Shown here: positions 63,093 to 64,000 of the stretch, piece by piece
How positions within the stretch are numbered: the first letter of the stretch is position 1
Layout: each line of letters opens with the position of its first letter
Assembly (NCBI RefSeq): GCF_030684315.1
Contig: NC_081395.1
Coordinates: forward strand, 7,489,310 to 7,553,309
Direction of reading: 5' to 3'
Length of the DNA: 64,000 nt
Source of the DNA: Stegostoma tigrinum
Taxonomy: Eukaryota
The notes under the pieces: model-generated
Told to the model about the DNA's origin: nothing
Seen by the model: the letters and a program-made list of their open reading frames with translations, nothing else
Database searches by the model: none
Program-made: the position numbers and the translations under genes

Positions 63093-63260
63093 ATGGAGTC
63101 TCAGTACTGTGTCTCCCTGGCGAGTGTACAGAAGGCTCACATGGTCATCTGTGATCTTGTCCACCGGACGCCAGTCCTCACCAACTCCACCCTGGACAAG
63201 CGAGCTGATAGGAAGATCTTTCTCAAGTGTGAACTTTTCCAAAAAACTGGATCATTCAAG
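63093..63260 (+). CDS. SRR: Serine racemase, first coding exon (gene continues beyond the window)
   Basis: gccATGg Kozak; MESQYCVSLASVQKAH...HRTPVLTNSTLD...IFLKCELFQKTGSFK includes the PLP-binding Lys; donor AAG|GTAAGA; 168 nt. Confidence 0.88.
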
Positions 63261-63379
63261 GTAAGATGCTTTTAAGAAATTGAAATGCCACCCTGGCATC
63301 AATATGTTGTTGATTCAGAAACAGGAGAGGGATAAAGAAATAGAATTGGATCTGGTCTTTGAAACACAAAGGAAGCACA

Positions 63380-63830
63380 TAATCTCAGTGGACCCAAACC
63401 CCTTCCTAATTTATCCCACTGTACATGATCACAATTAGCCAAACCCCTTCTCATTCACCCCCACTCTACATAATCTTGATGGACTCGGGTCCCTTCCCTG
63501 TCACTTCCATTGTGGATAATTCTGTTGGAACCAAACCCCTTCCCATTTACTCCCACACAATTGGATTGCACACAATCCAAATCAACCAAATCACTGCCAA
63601 TGCACTCCCATTTTATACATTCCAATTTATCAAACCCTTTCTGTTCCCTCCCATATTACATAATCCCAATTAACCAAACCGCTTTGCATTCACTCCCATT
63701 GTACTCAATACCAATTAATCAAACTTTTCCCATTCACTCCCATTGTATGCAATTCTGTTGGGTTAAATCTCTTTCTATTCATCCCAATGTACGCAATCCC
63801 AAGAGACCAAACTTTTTCCAATTTATTCCT
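63380..63830 (+). repeat. Degenerate ~42-bp tandem repeat in SRR intron
   Basis: Recurring caaaccc(t)ttcccattcactcccattgtac...aatccca. Confidence 0.55.
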
Positions 63831-64000
63831 GTTGTATAGAATCAGTTATCATAAAAATCCAGGCTATTTAACACTATATTATTCATGTTACTAGGCTGGG
63901 TCCTGGATATAATTTGAGCCAGTCAGTTTAACATAGCTAAGTGATACTGCACTCTGCTGGTAGAAGGTTAGGACTACTTTTCATATTAGCATAATGTGTT

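Overview
Vertebrate genomic DNA, most likely a shark or other cartilaginous fish (inferred from dense HE1/V-SINE-like, CR1-like and Penelope-derived repeats). Three complete spliced genes can be built on the minus strand: an RBM14/RBM4-family RNA-binding gene (3 coding exons, 290 aa), FAM89B-like (2 exons, 174 aa) and ZNRD2/SSSCA1 (4 exons, 206 aa). The plus strand carries the first coding exon of serine racemase (SRR), head-to-head with ZNRD2, and a 382-aa ORF that is an inverted, diverged duplicate of RBM14-like exon 2 with a new 14-aa repeat tail. Most notable: (1) that head-to-head paralog; (2) a ~12.2-kb minisatellite filling ZNRD2 intron 1, with an AATAAA on the sense strand in nearly every unit; (3) several families of short, TSD-flanked, often palindromic elements carrying minimal hammerhead ribozyme cores; (4) an RBM14-type gene that keeps an RBM4-type CCHC knuckle. 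Homology calls come from recalled sequence knowledge, not database searches. Repeat boundaries are approximate.
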